A stretch of DNA of 63,795 bases, the filler included. It is 4 parts of 4 records of this genome, joined end to end, with 100 filler letters (N's around TTAATTAATTAA, not from the genome) between each part and the next. Parts side by side here need not be neighbours in the genome. Positions count along the whole stretch, not along the records: positions 42,992 to 56,661 come from DRR723986_7694; positions 56,762 to 63,795 come from DRR723986_7719; 2 more parts are not named here. One strand, written 5' to 3'. Below the pieces are notes generated by a model. That model worked only from the letters and a program-made list of their open reading frames with translations. It was not told where the DNA came from and did not search any database. Below are positions 48,702 to 58,894 of the stretch, in pieces; position 1 is the first letter of the stretch; each line of letters opens with the position of its first letter. The position numbers and the translations under genes are program-made.

Positions 48702-49934
48702 ATGGGTCTCAAGGAGAACCTCAATCACATATCGCGCCGCGATCTATTTCGGGTCGCAGGTCGGTATGGCCTGAGTTCAACGCTTTTGGCTGCCGGAGGG
48801 TTTGGCGGTGCTATGAGTCTTGCCAATCTCGCAAGCGCTGCGGATTCGACTTATGAAAAGCGTTACTCAAAGCCCGCAAAGCATACTCTGAAGTTTGGAG
48901 CTTCGGGGTTCAACGCGCAAAACCTGTTGATCGAACGTGCTGGTGCACTGGAATTTGCACGAGATCTGGAAAGTCGTACGGATGGTGAAATCCGTATCGA
49001 GTTTATCGGGAACAACCAGATCTGCGGTCAAACATCCTGCGTAGAAAAAACGCAGCAGGGCATTGTCGACATTTACGCCGCATCCACACAGAATTCGGCA
49101 GGCGGCGCGCCGTATCTGAACGTTCTGGATTACGCTTATATGTTCCCAGGACGTGCGTCCCAGTACCACTTCCTTTACAGCCCTGAATCTCAGCGCATCT
49201 TACGCGACCCGCTTGAGAAACGTCATGGTCTGAAATTCTTGTTCAGCCATTGTGAACTGCGTGGCATTCAGCTCGGCCTTGGTTGGGAAGATCGCCCGAC
49301 CGTGACCAAGCTGGAAGAATTATTTGGCACGAAAAACCGCGTCACTGGCACTCAGTTGGGTCGGATTGCAATGCAGGCGCTGAATTTGAACCCAGTTCCA
49401 GTTGCATGGGAAGAGACGCTTGATGGTCTTAAGCAGGGTTTGATTGATGGCGCAGAAACATGGGCTTCGGCCGTGGCATACGCCAACATGTCACCTGTGG
49501 TATCGCAGTCCGTAGATCTCAAATTCTTCTGCGGAACAGAGCACACCTCGATGTCAGCGTCGGTCTTTGATGGGCTCGAAGGGTATCTGCAGGATGCGGT
49601 AATGGAATCGTCCTATTGGGCCCAAACCCACGTTCAGGCAGCAAATGAAGCGGCACTTGTTAAGACAGTTGGACACTCTGATCCGCAGTTGCCAGGCACA
49701 ATCTTTGCTGAAAACAACGTCCGCAACGCATTCTTGGCAGACGATCAAATCAAGATGGCTGAAGAGATGTGTTCGCCCGAGTTCCAACCACAACTGTGGG
49801 AACAGTGGCGTGAGCGCCTGAACGGTTGGGCCGGTGGCATCGACACTTATCAGGAAATTTATGACATTGCGCGTCAAGTTCCCAGTGACATGAAGCCAGA
49901 GAACGTCGAACCCCGCCGGTGGTGGAAGTCGTAA
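48702..49934 (+). CDS. dctP: TRAP transporter substrate-binding protein with Tat signal
   Basis: SRRDLF Tat motif; TDGEIRIE, K.RV, NPVPVAWEETLDGLKQGLIDGAE; GGGAGG RBS. Confidence 0.85.
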   Translation: MGLKENLNHISRRDLFRVAGRYGLSSTLLAAGGFGGAMSLANLASAADSTYEKRYSKPAKHTLKFGASGFNAQNLLIERAGALEFARDLESRTDGEIRIEFIGNNQICGQTSCVEKTQQGIVDIYAASTQNSAGGAPYLNVLDYAYMFPGRASQYHFLYSPESQRILRDPLEKRHGLKFLFSHCELRGIQLGLGWEDRPTVTKLEELFGTKNRVTGTQLGRIAMQALNLNPVPVAWEETLDGLKQGLIDGAETWASAVAYANMSPVVSQSVDLKFFCGTEHTSMSASVFDGLEGYLQDAVMESSYWAQTHVQAANEAALVKTVGHSDPQLPGTIFAENNVRNAFLADDQIKMAEEMCSPEFQPQLWEQWRERLNGWAGGIDTYQEIYDIARQVPSDMKPENVEPRRWWKS

Positions 49935-49955
49935 TCATTCTTTTTTGCTAATTAG

Positions 49956-49988
49956 TTCGGCGTGCTCCGGCGCGCCGAATTTGCTTTC
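49956..49988 (+). terminator. Intra-operon hairpin after dctP
   Basis: TTCGGCGTGC-TCCG-GCGCGCCGAA followed by a T-rich run. Confidence 0.55.
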
Positions 49989-50038
49989 ATGTCAGTTAGA
50001 CCGGGAGGACCCCCGGCAGACATCCAAGGGAGAGGTCA

Positions 50039-50707
50039 ATGGAACTCTGGTCAGAGTTAGGCGCAATCCTCAGCGCATTTATGTCCCAAGACAGTTATGA
50101 AATCAGAAACGCGCTAAAGTCCGATGCCTCATGGGTTTTTGGAACAGTCATAGCCGCCCTAGGTGGCCTATTGGTTATGTGGGTATACGCCAGAGTGCCC
50201 CTTTTGGATCGGCACTTAGAACGTACCATAATGGTTTGCAGCTATCTTGCTATCGCATTCATTATCTTCTGGGGAGTAATCGATCGGTTTGTTTTTTCCA
50301 ATCAACAGCCGTGGTCGACAACCATTCCACCACTTTTGTTCATGATCATGGCCTGGTTTGGCGCCGCGTTTAACGTGCGCCTTCGCACCCATCTAAGTTT
50401 TGCTGAATTCCGAACTGCTATGCCGCGCGCAGGACAACTTGCATGTCTGTGCTTAGATGCGGTTTTGTGGTTCATTTTCGCAACCATCGTCATTGTCACC
50501 ACGATGCGTCTCACGGCACTGTCAGCGTCGAATTTTCAGATCGTTTTAGGCACAGACAACGTAATGCAATGGTGGTTTCTGATTACGATTCCCCTCTCAT
50601 TTTTGCTGATGGTTGGGCGCGTTTTTGAAAACCTGAAAGATGATTTTGCCAACTGGCGCAGTGGCAAACCACTGATCAAACAAGCGGTCATCGGGGGGGA
50701 TGTATAA
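50039..50707 (+). CDS. dctQ: TRAP small permease
   Basis: VIDRFVF...PWS...WFGAA...HL; located between dctP and dctM. Confidence 0.85.
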   Translation: MELWSELGAILSAFMSQDSYEIRNALKSDASWVFGTVIAALGGLLVMWVYARVPLLDRHLERTIMVCSYLAIAFIIFWGVIDRFVFSNQQPWSTTIPPLLFMIMAWFGAAFNVRLRTHLSFAEFRTAMPRAGQLACLCLDAVLWFIFATIVIVTTMRLTALSASNFQIVLGTDNVMQWWFLITIPLSFLLMVGRVFENLKDDFANWRSGKPLIKQAVIGGDV

Positions 50708-52065
50708 TGACTGACGGTACATGGGTCACACTCATCTCGCTTGGTGTAACGTTTCTCTTTATGCTGGGTACGCCGGTTTTGCTGGTCATTGCCTACTGGG
50801 TAATCGGTTGTTCGTTTGTGCTTGGCTTGACGCTCGACAATATGGGCGCCGAACTGCTGAACGTATTTAACAAGGGCTTTGCACTTCTCGCCATGCCTTT
50901 GTTCATCCTGACGGGGGATCTCATCAACCAATCTGGCATCGCCCGACGGCTTTCCGATTTTGCTTATTCCTGTTTAGGCTGGCTTAGAGGCGGCTTGGCG
51001 ATGGCATCGCTGGGTGCATGTGGTTTGTTCGCTGCGATTTCAGGATCGAACTCGGCAACGACCGCGACAATCGGATCAATGCTCCACCCTGAAATGGTCA
51101 AAGGTGGATACGATGAACGGTTCTCAGCTGCTACGGCCGCTGCTGGCGGTACAGTTGGCATCATCATTCCGCCCTCGATCATTTTCATTGTCTATGGGTT
51201 TTTGCTGAACTTACCGATCTCGGATCTGTTTGTTGCAGGGATTATTCCAGGCACATTAATGGTAGTGGGAATGCAGTTTGCTTGTTGGGTTCTCTGCCGG
51301 ATCAATGGCTGGGGTTACTTGATCCCGTTGCAACTGAACCGCATTTTGAAAACTGCGTTTGGTGCATGGCTTGGATTTTTTGCCATCGGTTTGGTTCTTT
51401 GGGGGATCTATACCGGCAAATTCTCTCCGACCGAAGCTGCTGGTGTCACCGTTGGCTTTTGTATCATAGCAGGCTTGGTCAGCTATCCGCTCAATCGGAT
51501 CATGGGGGATCGTAGCGATAAACCGGCGACTGAAAAATCCTACATTGAGATGTTTGTGGTCGAAGGTTTCACAATTCCTCAGATCCCATCCATTGTTGTT
51601 CGATCTGCTCAGATCACCGGAATTCTCGCACCTCTGATTGCCGTTTCAGTTGTCATGCAACAGATCCTGTCGTTGCTTGGCGCTCAGCAAGTCATCGGGG
51701 ATTTCGTCACATCCATGGGTGGTTACCACGCGGTTTTGTTCACTTCGATGGTCATCGTGTTCTTCTCAGGTATGGTCTTGGAAAGCCTTCCGGTCACGAT
51801 CATCCTTGCCCCAATCCTAGCCCCAATTGCAGCCTCAGTTGGCATTGATCCGATTCACTTTTCGGTAATCTTCTTGGTTGGCGCTTCTATTGGGTTCATC
51901 ACACCGCCGTACGGTCTCAATCTCTATGTGGCCTCAGGTGTGACCGGTGTACCATATTTCCGTCTGCTTCCTTATACGGTCCCGTATCTTGCGGCCCTGA
52001 TTGCAGTCTGGATACTGGTTTCTCTGGTGCCTGACCTCGCTTTGATCCTGCTACCCAACAGGTAA
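50707..52065 (+). CDS. dctM: TRAP large permease
   Basis: LLAMPLFILTG, FAAISGS, IIIPPSI, SPTEAA, GFITPPYG. Confidence 0.92.
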   Translation: MTDGTWVTLISLGVTFLFMLGTPVLLVIAYWVIGCSFVLGLTLDNMGAELLNVFNKGFALLAMPLFILTGDLINQSGIARRLSDFAYSCLGWLRGGLAMASLGACGLFAAISGSNSATTATIGSMLHPEMVKGGYDERFSAATAAAGGTVGIIIPPSIIFIVYGFLLNLPISDLFVAGIIPGTLMVVGMQFACWVLCRINGWGYLIPLQLNRILKTAFGAWLGFFAIGLVLWGIYTGKFSPTEAAGVTVGFCIIAGLVSYPLNRIMGDRSDKPATEKSYIEMFVVEGFTIPQIPSIVVRSAQITGILAPLIAVSVVMQQILSLLGAQQVIGDFVTSMGGYHAVLFTSMVIVFFSGMVLESLPVTIILAPILAPIAASVGIDPIHFSVIFLVGASIGFITPPYGLNLYVASGVTGVPYFRLLPYTVPYLAALIAVWILVSLVPDLALILLPNR

Positions 52066-52500
52066 AAATGATGTAGTGCCTAATCAAGCGATCTCTTCCA
52101 AAGATGTGCAAACCCCCGATAGTTTGAGGTGTTGCATATCTTGGAAGAGGTCGCTCTTCGGGCGTTACCGCGAAACCAACTTTCCGCCTCTGCGCGGGGC
52201 AATCTTGGATCTATTTCATTAGATGCTGCAAGATCTTCGAACCGCTGTTTGAAGGTGCCTGTACAGCAGTCAGGCCAAAGCAGACAAGCTGTTGCAAGCA
52301 AGAAAAAGCAAAAGCCAGCCTTCGCGAAGGTATGCGATATTGCTAGCGTTTCAGGTCAGAACACCAGCCTACTGAGTCATTTCAACGACGGCTTCTGGTT
52401 CAGCGCATCAATGGTGAGGGCCTTTGGCCTTCGTCATCTGCCTTTGGGGTGCCTGACTATGTACCCATCTGGTCGTAAAGACGAAGAACCAAGTGCTTCT

Positions 52501-52932
52501 CTAGTCGTGCGGGGGGTTGCGACCAGCTTGCATCTCCTGAACACGATCTGGCCAAGTTGATTGGATGTATGCCAAAATGTCCCAAATCTCGCCGTCATCA
52601 AGAACGCCTCCAAATCCCGGCATGCCGCTTGCAAAACCTGTGACACCGCGCGCAGCCAACGCCTCTTCGCCACCAAGCCGGGTGTATTCGAAAAGAAGCT
52701 GGTTGTCGTGATGCCATGTATGTCCAGACGCATCATGGGGCGGTGCGGGTAGAACTCCGTTTGCATCGGGGGTTCGCCAGTTGGGCTGCCCCTCCAGATT
52801 TGCACCGTGGCAAGAAGCACATTGTTCGGCGTAGAGGGTTTGGCCAATGGTCAAGTTTCGGTTATCCAGTTCGTGGTCGGCGGTTGCACTGGTTGCGAAG
52901 CTGGAAAGAACAATGATCAAAACGTGCTTCAT
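52501..52932 (-). CDS. c-type cytochrome of the copper cluster
   Basis: Signal peptide, CASCH, APPHDASGHTWHH, MPGF; ATGA overlap with the oxidase stop. Confidence 0.88.
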   Translation of the reverse strand: MKHVLIIVLSSFATSATADHELDNRNLTIGQTLYAEQCASCHGANLEGQPNWRTPDANGVLPAPPHDASGHTWHHDNQLLFEYTRLGGEEALAARGVTGFASGMPGFGGVLDDGEIWDILAYIQSTWPDRVQEMQAGRNPPHD

Positions 52933-54248
52933 ACAACCTCTACCCATGTTTTCATACCAGCCGCCTGGTGACCAAGCATGTGACAGTGCAATAGCCATTT
53001 TCCGGGGTTGCTGAACACGCAAACGATCTCGCGGGTCTCGCCGGCCTCCACAAGTGTGGTGTCTCGGAAAGCACCGAAACTGCCGCCAGTCTCAACCTCA
53101 AAGAAATGATGCCCGTGCAGATGGATACCATGCGGGAAACGGGTGTCATTCACCAGACGAATACGTGCTGTTTGTCCGCTTTCGAAACTGTGAAATGGTG
53201 TGTCTGTGAGGCCGGATTGCCCGTTTAACGCCCAGATATCTCCATCCATCATACCTTGCATCATGCGTCGGCTCATGGCCCCGCCTTCCATGGTGAGGGT
53301 CAGGGAAACGGCGTTGACCATATCTGGACGTGCGGTCTCGTTGGGGGGCAACGCGGGAATGTCGGCTGGTTGCCGCGTTGTGTTCTTTCCCTCAACCTGG
53401 ATTTCGCCCAACAGGTGTGGTGCGTCTTGCGTTGGGAAGAAAAAGCGCACTGAGTTGGTAGAACTTACATCAACAATGATATCAGCGCGTTGGGCCGGTG
53501 CAAGGAAGAGGCCGGATAGCTCTTGTTGACTGACAAGTGGCATGCCGTCTAAAGCAACCACTTTGCCTTCAATACCTTCAAACTCGACCGGGAAGATCCG
53601 GTCCGTTGCGACATTAATCAGCCGCAAACGCAAGCGATCACCGAGACGGACGGGCGTGTTCGGTTCGACAAGTGCACGGGCGAAATTTCCAAGCCGTCCC
53701 TGATGCGCCTGATCGTGCATGTTATCGAAACCATCGGCGAGTGCACCGCTTTCGGTCATGCGCCAGTCATCAATCATGACGAGCAGGTCGTGATCCACAT
53801 CGGGCGGTGTTGGTTCTTCGACGACCAACGGGCCATATAGACCTTTGGCAACCTGTTCCCATGATCGGTTGTGTGAGTGATACCAGAATGTTCCTGCATC
53901 GGGTGCGCAAAAACGGTATTCGAACTCACCGCCCTCTTCGACAACATCTTGTGTCATACCCGGCACGCCATCCATCGCGTTGTCGATGCGCAATCCGTGC
54001 CAATGCACCGCCGAGCCGTCACTGATCTGGTTCAGGAAACGAATATCAAAGACCTTTCCTTGACGAGCGCGAAGCACCGGACCGGGAGTGCTGCCGTTGA
54101 AGCCAAGCATCGGGGTCGCAGGTTCGCCTTCGGGTAGGATTTGGGCGTAGACCGGCTGTGCAACCAGTTCTACGGAGGGTGATCCAAGCGCAATGCGCGG
54201 AACTAAGGCCGCTGCGCTTGTTGTTATCAGGAAGTCTCGCCTGTTCAT
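52929..54248 (-). CDS. Tat-exported multicopper oxidase
   Basis: NRRDFL; HWHG, WYHSH, HGIHLHGH, HCHMLGHQAAGM. Confidence 0.93.
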   Translation of the reverse strand: MNRRDFLITTSAAALVPRIALGSPSVELVAQPVYAQILPEGEPATPMLGFNGSTPGPVLRARQGKVFDIRFLNQISDGSAVHWHGLRIDNAMDGVPGMTQDVVEEGGEFEYRFCAPDAGTFWYHSHNRSWEQVAKGLYGPLVVEEPTPPDVDHDLLVMIDDWRMTESGALADGFDNMHDQAHQGRLGNFARALVEPNTPVRLGDRLRLRLINVATDRIFPVEFEGIEGKVVALDGMPLVSQQELSGLFLAPAQRADIIVDVSSTNSVRFFFPTQDAPHLLGEIQVEGKNTTRQPADIPALPPNETARPDMVNAVSLTLTMEGGAMSRRMMQGMMDGDIWALNGQSGLTDTPFHSFESGQTARIRLVNDTRFPHGIHLHGHHFFEVETGGSFGAFRDTTLVEAGETREIVCVFSNPGKWLLHCHMLGHQAAGMKTWVEVV

Positions 54249-54256
54249 GGGATACC

Positions 54257-55123
54257 TCAATTCGGAAGGGTCAAAACGGTAGTGAGCGTTGCGGTAGCCG
54301 CAAGCACTACCAGAATGACCGCAGTTTCGATTTCGATGGAGCGCGTCAGATGGCGCGCAGCTTTTTCGTCCCCGGCCTGCATAGCGGGAACGAAGCGGGT
54401 TTTGTTTGCGGCTGCCAGTATCAACAGCGTGCCGACAAGCAGCAGTTTTAATAGGATGGTTTGTCCGTAGCTGGTTGTTACTAACGCCCGCAGGTCACCC
54501 AGCAGTATCCAAGCCATCAGCAATCCCGCCAGGATCAGGGCAGGAACAATCGCCGAAGCGGCTTGCCCAAAGCGGTGTCCCAAATTGGCTGCGCTGGCCA
54601 AGAGTTCTGGCCGTTGCGATAGTGCGTGCAACGGTCCCAAGATACCAATCCAAAAGGCAATGCCTAGAAGGTGTAGGAGCAAGAGCAAGCGGGGCCCTGG
54701 TGCCTCTAATGCGGGGACATGCCCGATTTGAGCAAATGACCACAGGGCAATCAGACCTCCGGCAAGCGCGATCCATTGGCCAACACGGGGTATGAATAGT
54801 CCAAGGACGATCAGAACCGTCCCTGCGATCCGATAGACCAGCGCGTCACCGACTGGTGTTTGCCACAACAGGCCCAGCATTTCTGGATCGGTCATACCAT
54901 CGGCCCCGCCCGTCAGGGCGGCCCCACGGAGCATGAAAGCAAGGACCGCAGCGGCAAGCGCGCACCCTGCCAAAAGGGCAGCCTGTAGACGGATCCTATC
55001 GCTAAGAGGTGATACAAGATCGGCAAAGGCAGCCTTAATGATAACAAGCCCAACGGATCCCGTAACGCCAATGTAAAGTATAAACTTGGCAAGGATTGCG
55101 GCTATTCCCCAAATGTCCAGCAT
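54257..55123 (-). CDS. copD: Copper resistance inner-membrane protein
   Basis: GH, HLLGIAFWIG, YGQ...KL, AANK, SIEIE. Confidence 0.88.
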   Translation of the reverse strand: MLDIWGIAAILAKFILYIGVTGSVGLVIIKAAFADLVSPLSDRIRLQAALLAGCALAAAVLAFMLRGAALTGGADGMTDPEMLGLLWQTPVGDALVYRIAGTVLIVLGLFIPRVGQWIALAGGLIALWSFAQIGHVPALEAPGPRLLLLLHLLGIAFWIGILGPLHALSQRPELLASAANLGHRFGQAASAIVPALILAGLLMAWILLGDLRALVTTSYGQTILLKLLLVGTLLILAAANKTRFVPAMQAGDEKAARHLTRSIEIETAVILVVLAATATLTTVLTLPN

Positions 55124-55125
55124 GC

Positions 55126-55467
55126 TCAATCCACCGTGAACATGAAATCGCCTTGCATGGCGTGTCCATCCTCACCCAAGCCCCGCCATTCAATGCGATA
55201 GGTGCCTTCCCCCATGCCTTGAATCGGAAGTGTGAACACCCGTTCAAAGCTGGTCTGCTCGCCGAGGTCCAGCCTGACGGGAGGATGGTCCTCATGGGTC
55301 ATATCCACCCGTGTCAGACGGATATCACCAGCAAAGTTGAAGCTGATGTCGACTGGGACTTCGGCAATCACCGCGCCATTTTCAGGCGTCGTGGTGTCCA
55401 CGCGGGAATGCCCAAAGGCACTGGTGGCAAGCATCGAGAGCAGTGCAAGTGTAGCAACTCGTTTCAT
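55126..55467 (-). CDS. copC: Periplasmic copper-binding protein
   Basis: His right after the signal peptide; TPENGA; YRIEWR...DGH. Confidence 0.9.
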   Translation of the reverse strand: MKRVATLALLSMLATSAFGHSRVDTTTPENGAVIAEVPVDISFNFAGDIRLTRVDMTHEDHPPVRLDLGEQTSFERVFTLPIQGMGEGTYRIEWRGLGEDGHAMQGDFMFTVD

Positions 55468-55477
55468 TACGTGTTCC

Positions 55478-55909
55478 TCAGTTTATTCCGTTGGCGCGTT
55501 GAATTTCGCGAATATATGCGATGACCATGGCGACATCGCCACGGGTCAGGCCCGCAATCGGCGGCATGTCCCCGAACCGCCAATGATGGCTTCTGACGCC
55601 CATCGCAACTGCGCGCTGAAAGGATTCGTCGGCATGATGACTGGGTTCATAGATAACATGTATCAACGGCGGTCCCGCGCCCTCGACACCAACCGCATTG
55701 GTACCGTGACATGCAGCGCAAGCGCTTTCAAATATACGCTGTCCGATACCAGCATTTCCTTCAATTAGCGGCATCTGGATTTCGACCAGGGCGTTAACTT
55801 CGGGCGCTGCCGAGTGCGTCGCTTCCTCGGTTGGGGCAGGACGTGACAAGATGTATGTAGCAACGGCTGCGACGGCGCATACGCCGATCATGAGGTATTT
55901 TCGGTTCAT
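55478..55909 (-). CDS. c-type cytochrome
   Basis: CAACH, GPPL, YEPSHH, HHWRFGDMP. Confidence 0.88.
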   Translation of the reverse strand: MNRKYLMIGVCAVAAVATYILSRPAPTEEATHSAAPEVNALVEIQMPLIEGNAGIGQRIFESACAACHGTNAVGVEGAGPPLIHVIYEPSHHADESFQRAVAMGVRSHHWRFGDMPPIAGLTRGDVAMVIAYIREIQRANGIN

Positions 55910-56005
55910 GTATTGGTCCTAACTTTGCAAAACAGGAGCGGGCCGCAAACTCATTGCGACGCACCGGAACGCGCTCACAGGCGTGAACAGCGTCGAAAAT
56001 CTGTT

Positions 56006-56374
56006 TCAATAATTAGGTGGTCTCTCAGGGCTGCCCGGTTCTTCAAGCGCCGAGAGTTTTGAAACCTGCCATGCTATAGCGGCCTCAGACTTGTCAAAGA
56101 TTACCTCGGAAGATTGCACAGTGAGGGCCAGAACATTGCACAGAAATGGGTTGCAATCATCGTGTTCCACTCCGTTCGATCCCTGTGTCACGCTCTCGGC
56201 TGTTCTTCCTTGAGCGTAACCATGCTGGCTCTCTTCTACGGTCATGTTCATGTGGGTATCGCAATGCCCGCCAACACAATTTTTCGACAGAGCATGCGCT
56301 GCTGTTCCTAGTCCTGACGTAAGGAGTAGAAAAACAACAACTAGGGTCGTGGCTATGTTCCAAAGGCACTTCAC
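56006..56374 (-). CDS. Small His/Cys-rich hypothetical protein heading the copper operon
   Basis: N-terminal hydrophobic segment; CVGGHC, CNPFLC; C-terminal RPP. Confidence 0.6.
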   Translation of the reverse strand: MKCLWNIATTLVVVFLLLTSGLGTAAHALSKNCVGGHCDTHMNMTVEESQHGYAQGRTAESVTQGSNGVEHDDCNPFLCNVLALTVQSSEVIFDKSEAAIAWQVSKLSALEEPGSPERPPNY

Positions 56375-56661
56375 ATGGCGAGGCTATCTCAAACCAAAAC
56401 CCATTTCAATGCGAGCCGACGTTCATGACACGCGTTGAGTTGGTAAGCTTGACATCAAGACAACTCAACGAACAGCGCAGGTGAAGGTGAAGGTCCGCTT
56501 TGCGGGAAGTTTGAGTGTTGCAAAGTTCGCTGACTGCGTATTTCAGACCTTCACCTAAACAAAGTCCAACTTAAAGAGTGTTCCGCCCTACCCGACCACT
56601 TCCCTTTAAACCCACCCTAAACCATCTTGTTGATGATCTTCATTTCGTGGCGCTGGTTGCG

Positions 56662-56761
56662 NNNNNNNNNNNNNNNNNNNNNNNNNNNNNNNNNNNNNNN
56701 NNNNNTTAATTAATTAANNNNNNNNNNNNNNNNNNNNNNNNNNNNNNNNNNNNNNNNNNNN
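56662..56761. other. Artificial contig spacer
   Basis: N-run with TTAATTAATTAA. Confidence 0.98.
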
Positions 56762-57856
56762 CGGATCGGTGCGCAGCTTGTCCCAGGCGCCGTTCAGCGT
56801 CATCAGACCGTTGATCATCCCGCCCCAGCTGGGCATCCACAGGATGATGGAGAACACCATGCCAAGGGTCGAGGCCCAGTCAGGCAAAGCGGTGTAATGC
56901 AGGTGGTGTGGACCGGCCCAGATATACAAGAAGATCAGCGCCCAGAAATGGATGATCGACAGTTTGTAGCTGAACACCGGACGGCCGGCCTGTTTTGGCA
57001 CGAAGTAGTACATCATGCCCAGGAAACCCGCAGTCAGGAAGAACCCAACGGCGTTGTGGCCATACCACCACTGGGTCATGGCATCCTGCACACCCGAGAA
57101 TACCTGAATAGAGCGCGAGCCCCAGATGCTGACGGGAACGGACAGGTTGTTGACCAGATGCAGCATCGCCACGGTGATGATAAAGCTCAGCAAGAACCAG
57201 TTGGCCACATAGATGTGCTTTTCCTTACGTTTGATCAGCGTGCCCATGTAGATGAACAGGAACGCCACCCAAACCAGGGTCAGCCAGATATCCACATACC
57301 ATTCAGGTTCTGCATATTCTTTGGATTGTGTGGCACCCAGCAGATAGCCGGTCGCGGCCAGCACAATAAACAGCTGATAGCCCCAGAACACGAACCAACG
57401 CAGGTTCCCGCCCCAAAGCCGCGTGCCGCAGGTGCGCTGCACAATGTAGAACGACGACATGATCAGCGCGTTGCCGCCAAAGGCGAAAATCACCGCTGAT
57501 GTGTGAAGGGGACGCAGACGCCCGAAGTTCGCATAGGGCTGTGCCCATTCGAAGTTCAGCGCCGGAAAGGCCAGCTGAAACGCGATGAACGTCCCGGCAA
57601 GAAACCCGACAACGCCCCAAAAGCCGGTGGCAATAACGCCGGCCCGCACCACGTCGTCCATGTATCCGTTTGCGTCGATACCGCCGTTGTTTGGCTCGTC
57701 TGTGCGCCGAAGCACCCAGATGAACATCCCGGCGGCCACAACCATGATGATCAGCGCATGGATCTGATAAGCCAGATCGCGGCCCCAATCGGCTGCAAGG
57801 GCTGCAAAGATCGTAATCAGCCCCAATATGATAAGTTTGAAATAATCAGACGTCAT
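56762..57856 (-). CDS. ccoN: cbb3-type cytochrome c oxidase subunit I (5' part, truncated by the gap)
   Basis: [47 protein letters not shown]. Confidence 0.96.
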
Positions 57857-57950
57857 TTTCTGTCCCCTCTGTCCGCCACCAACCCCGAGGAGCGGGAAGG
57901 CGCGGTTTGCGTCGTAGAGCAGCATTTGCATCTTGGCCCGCAGATGTTCT

Positions 57951-57964
57951 TTGATCTGTGTCAA
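57951..57964. promoter_or_regulatory. FNR/FnrL box between ccoN and usp
   Basis: TTGAT-CTGT-GTCAA versus consensus TTGAT-N4-ATCAA; weaker TTGGG-CGAT-ATCAA at 57983-57996. Confidence 0.85.
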
Positions 57965-58050
57965 ATGCCGCTCGTTTTCTTTTTGGGCGATATCAAAGAC
58001 AGGGGTCAATGCGACATGCAGGCTGCTTGGGAAATAAAAGGAGAAACAGC

Positions 58051-58890
58051 ATGTCCATTCAGACTGTCACCACTGTTCTGACTGACAAGGAAACAGCCGT
58101 ATCGCAGATCGAGGCCGCGGCAAGTTTTGCCCGTACCTGTGATGCGCATCTTCAGGTTCTGGCATTGGGCACAGGTCTGGATCAGCCCGGTGTGGTGCAG
58201 GGGGCCTTGGACGCGGTGCCGATCTCGGCCAGCCTCGAAGACGGGATGTTGCGGGCCAAGGAACTGGCAGAGGTTGCCCAGCAGGAACTGGCAAAAGAAG
58301 ACATCCGCTGGGATGTGGATGAGGTGTCCTCGCTGACCTCGTCGCGCAGCAATGACATCACGCGGCACATCCGGTTCAGCGATCTGGTGATCCAACAGCG
58401 ATCCTCCGACCGGGTCGCCGCGGCGCATGTGGCCCAAACGGCAGAGACGGTGCTGTTTGACGGCGATTGCCCGCTTCTGCTGCTGCCGGAACGGCACGAG
58501 ATGGCGGCACCTCCGAAAAAGGTCATGGTCGCATGGGACGAAAGCGCAACCGCGCTGCGGGCCGCACGTCTGGCGCTGCCACTGCTGCGCCGCGCCAGCA
58601 GTGTTTATGTGGCCATTGTAGATCCGGCCAAGGATTCGCCGGATCGGTCGGACCCCGGCGGCGCTTTTGCGCAGTTTCTGGCCCGCCATGATGTCAAATG
58701 TGAAGTGATGGTGCTGTCGCGCACCGACGACACGGTTTCGCAAACCATCGAACGCCGGGCACAGGAATTGGGCTGTGAACTGGTGGTGATGGGGGCTTAC
58801 GGCCACTCACGCCTGCGCCAGGCGCTGTTTGGCGGCACAACGCGGCATATGCTTGAAAGTGCGGTTTTGCCGGTCTTTCTGGCGCACTGA
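58051..58890 (+). CDS. Universal stress protein (two Usp domains)
   Basis: [21 protein letters not shown]...GGTTR...PVFLAH; AGGAG RBS. Confidence 0.92.
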   Translation: MSIQTVTTVLTDKETAVSQIEAAASFARTCDAHLQVLALGTGLDQPGVVQGALDAVPISASLEDGMLRAKELAEVAQQELAKEDIRWDVDEVSSLTSSRSNDITRHIRFSDLVIQQRSSDRVAAAHVAQTAETVLFDGDCPLLLLPERHEMAAPPKKVMVAWDESATALRAARLALPLLRRASSVYVAIVDPAKDSPDRSDPGGAFAQFLARHDVKCEVMVLSRTDDTVSQTIERRAQELGCELVVMGAYGHSRLRQALFGGTTRHMLESAVLPVFLAH

Positions 58891-58894
58891 CGTA

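Noticed and set aside
52080-52500. Short ORFs between dctM and the cytochrome c gene
   Set aside because: No recognisable family, RBS or IS ends; probably a gene remnant
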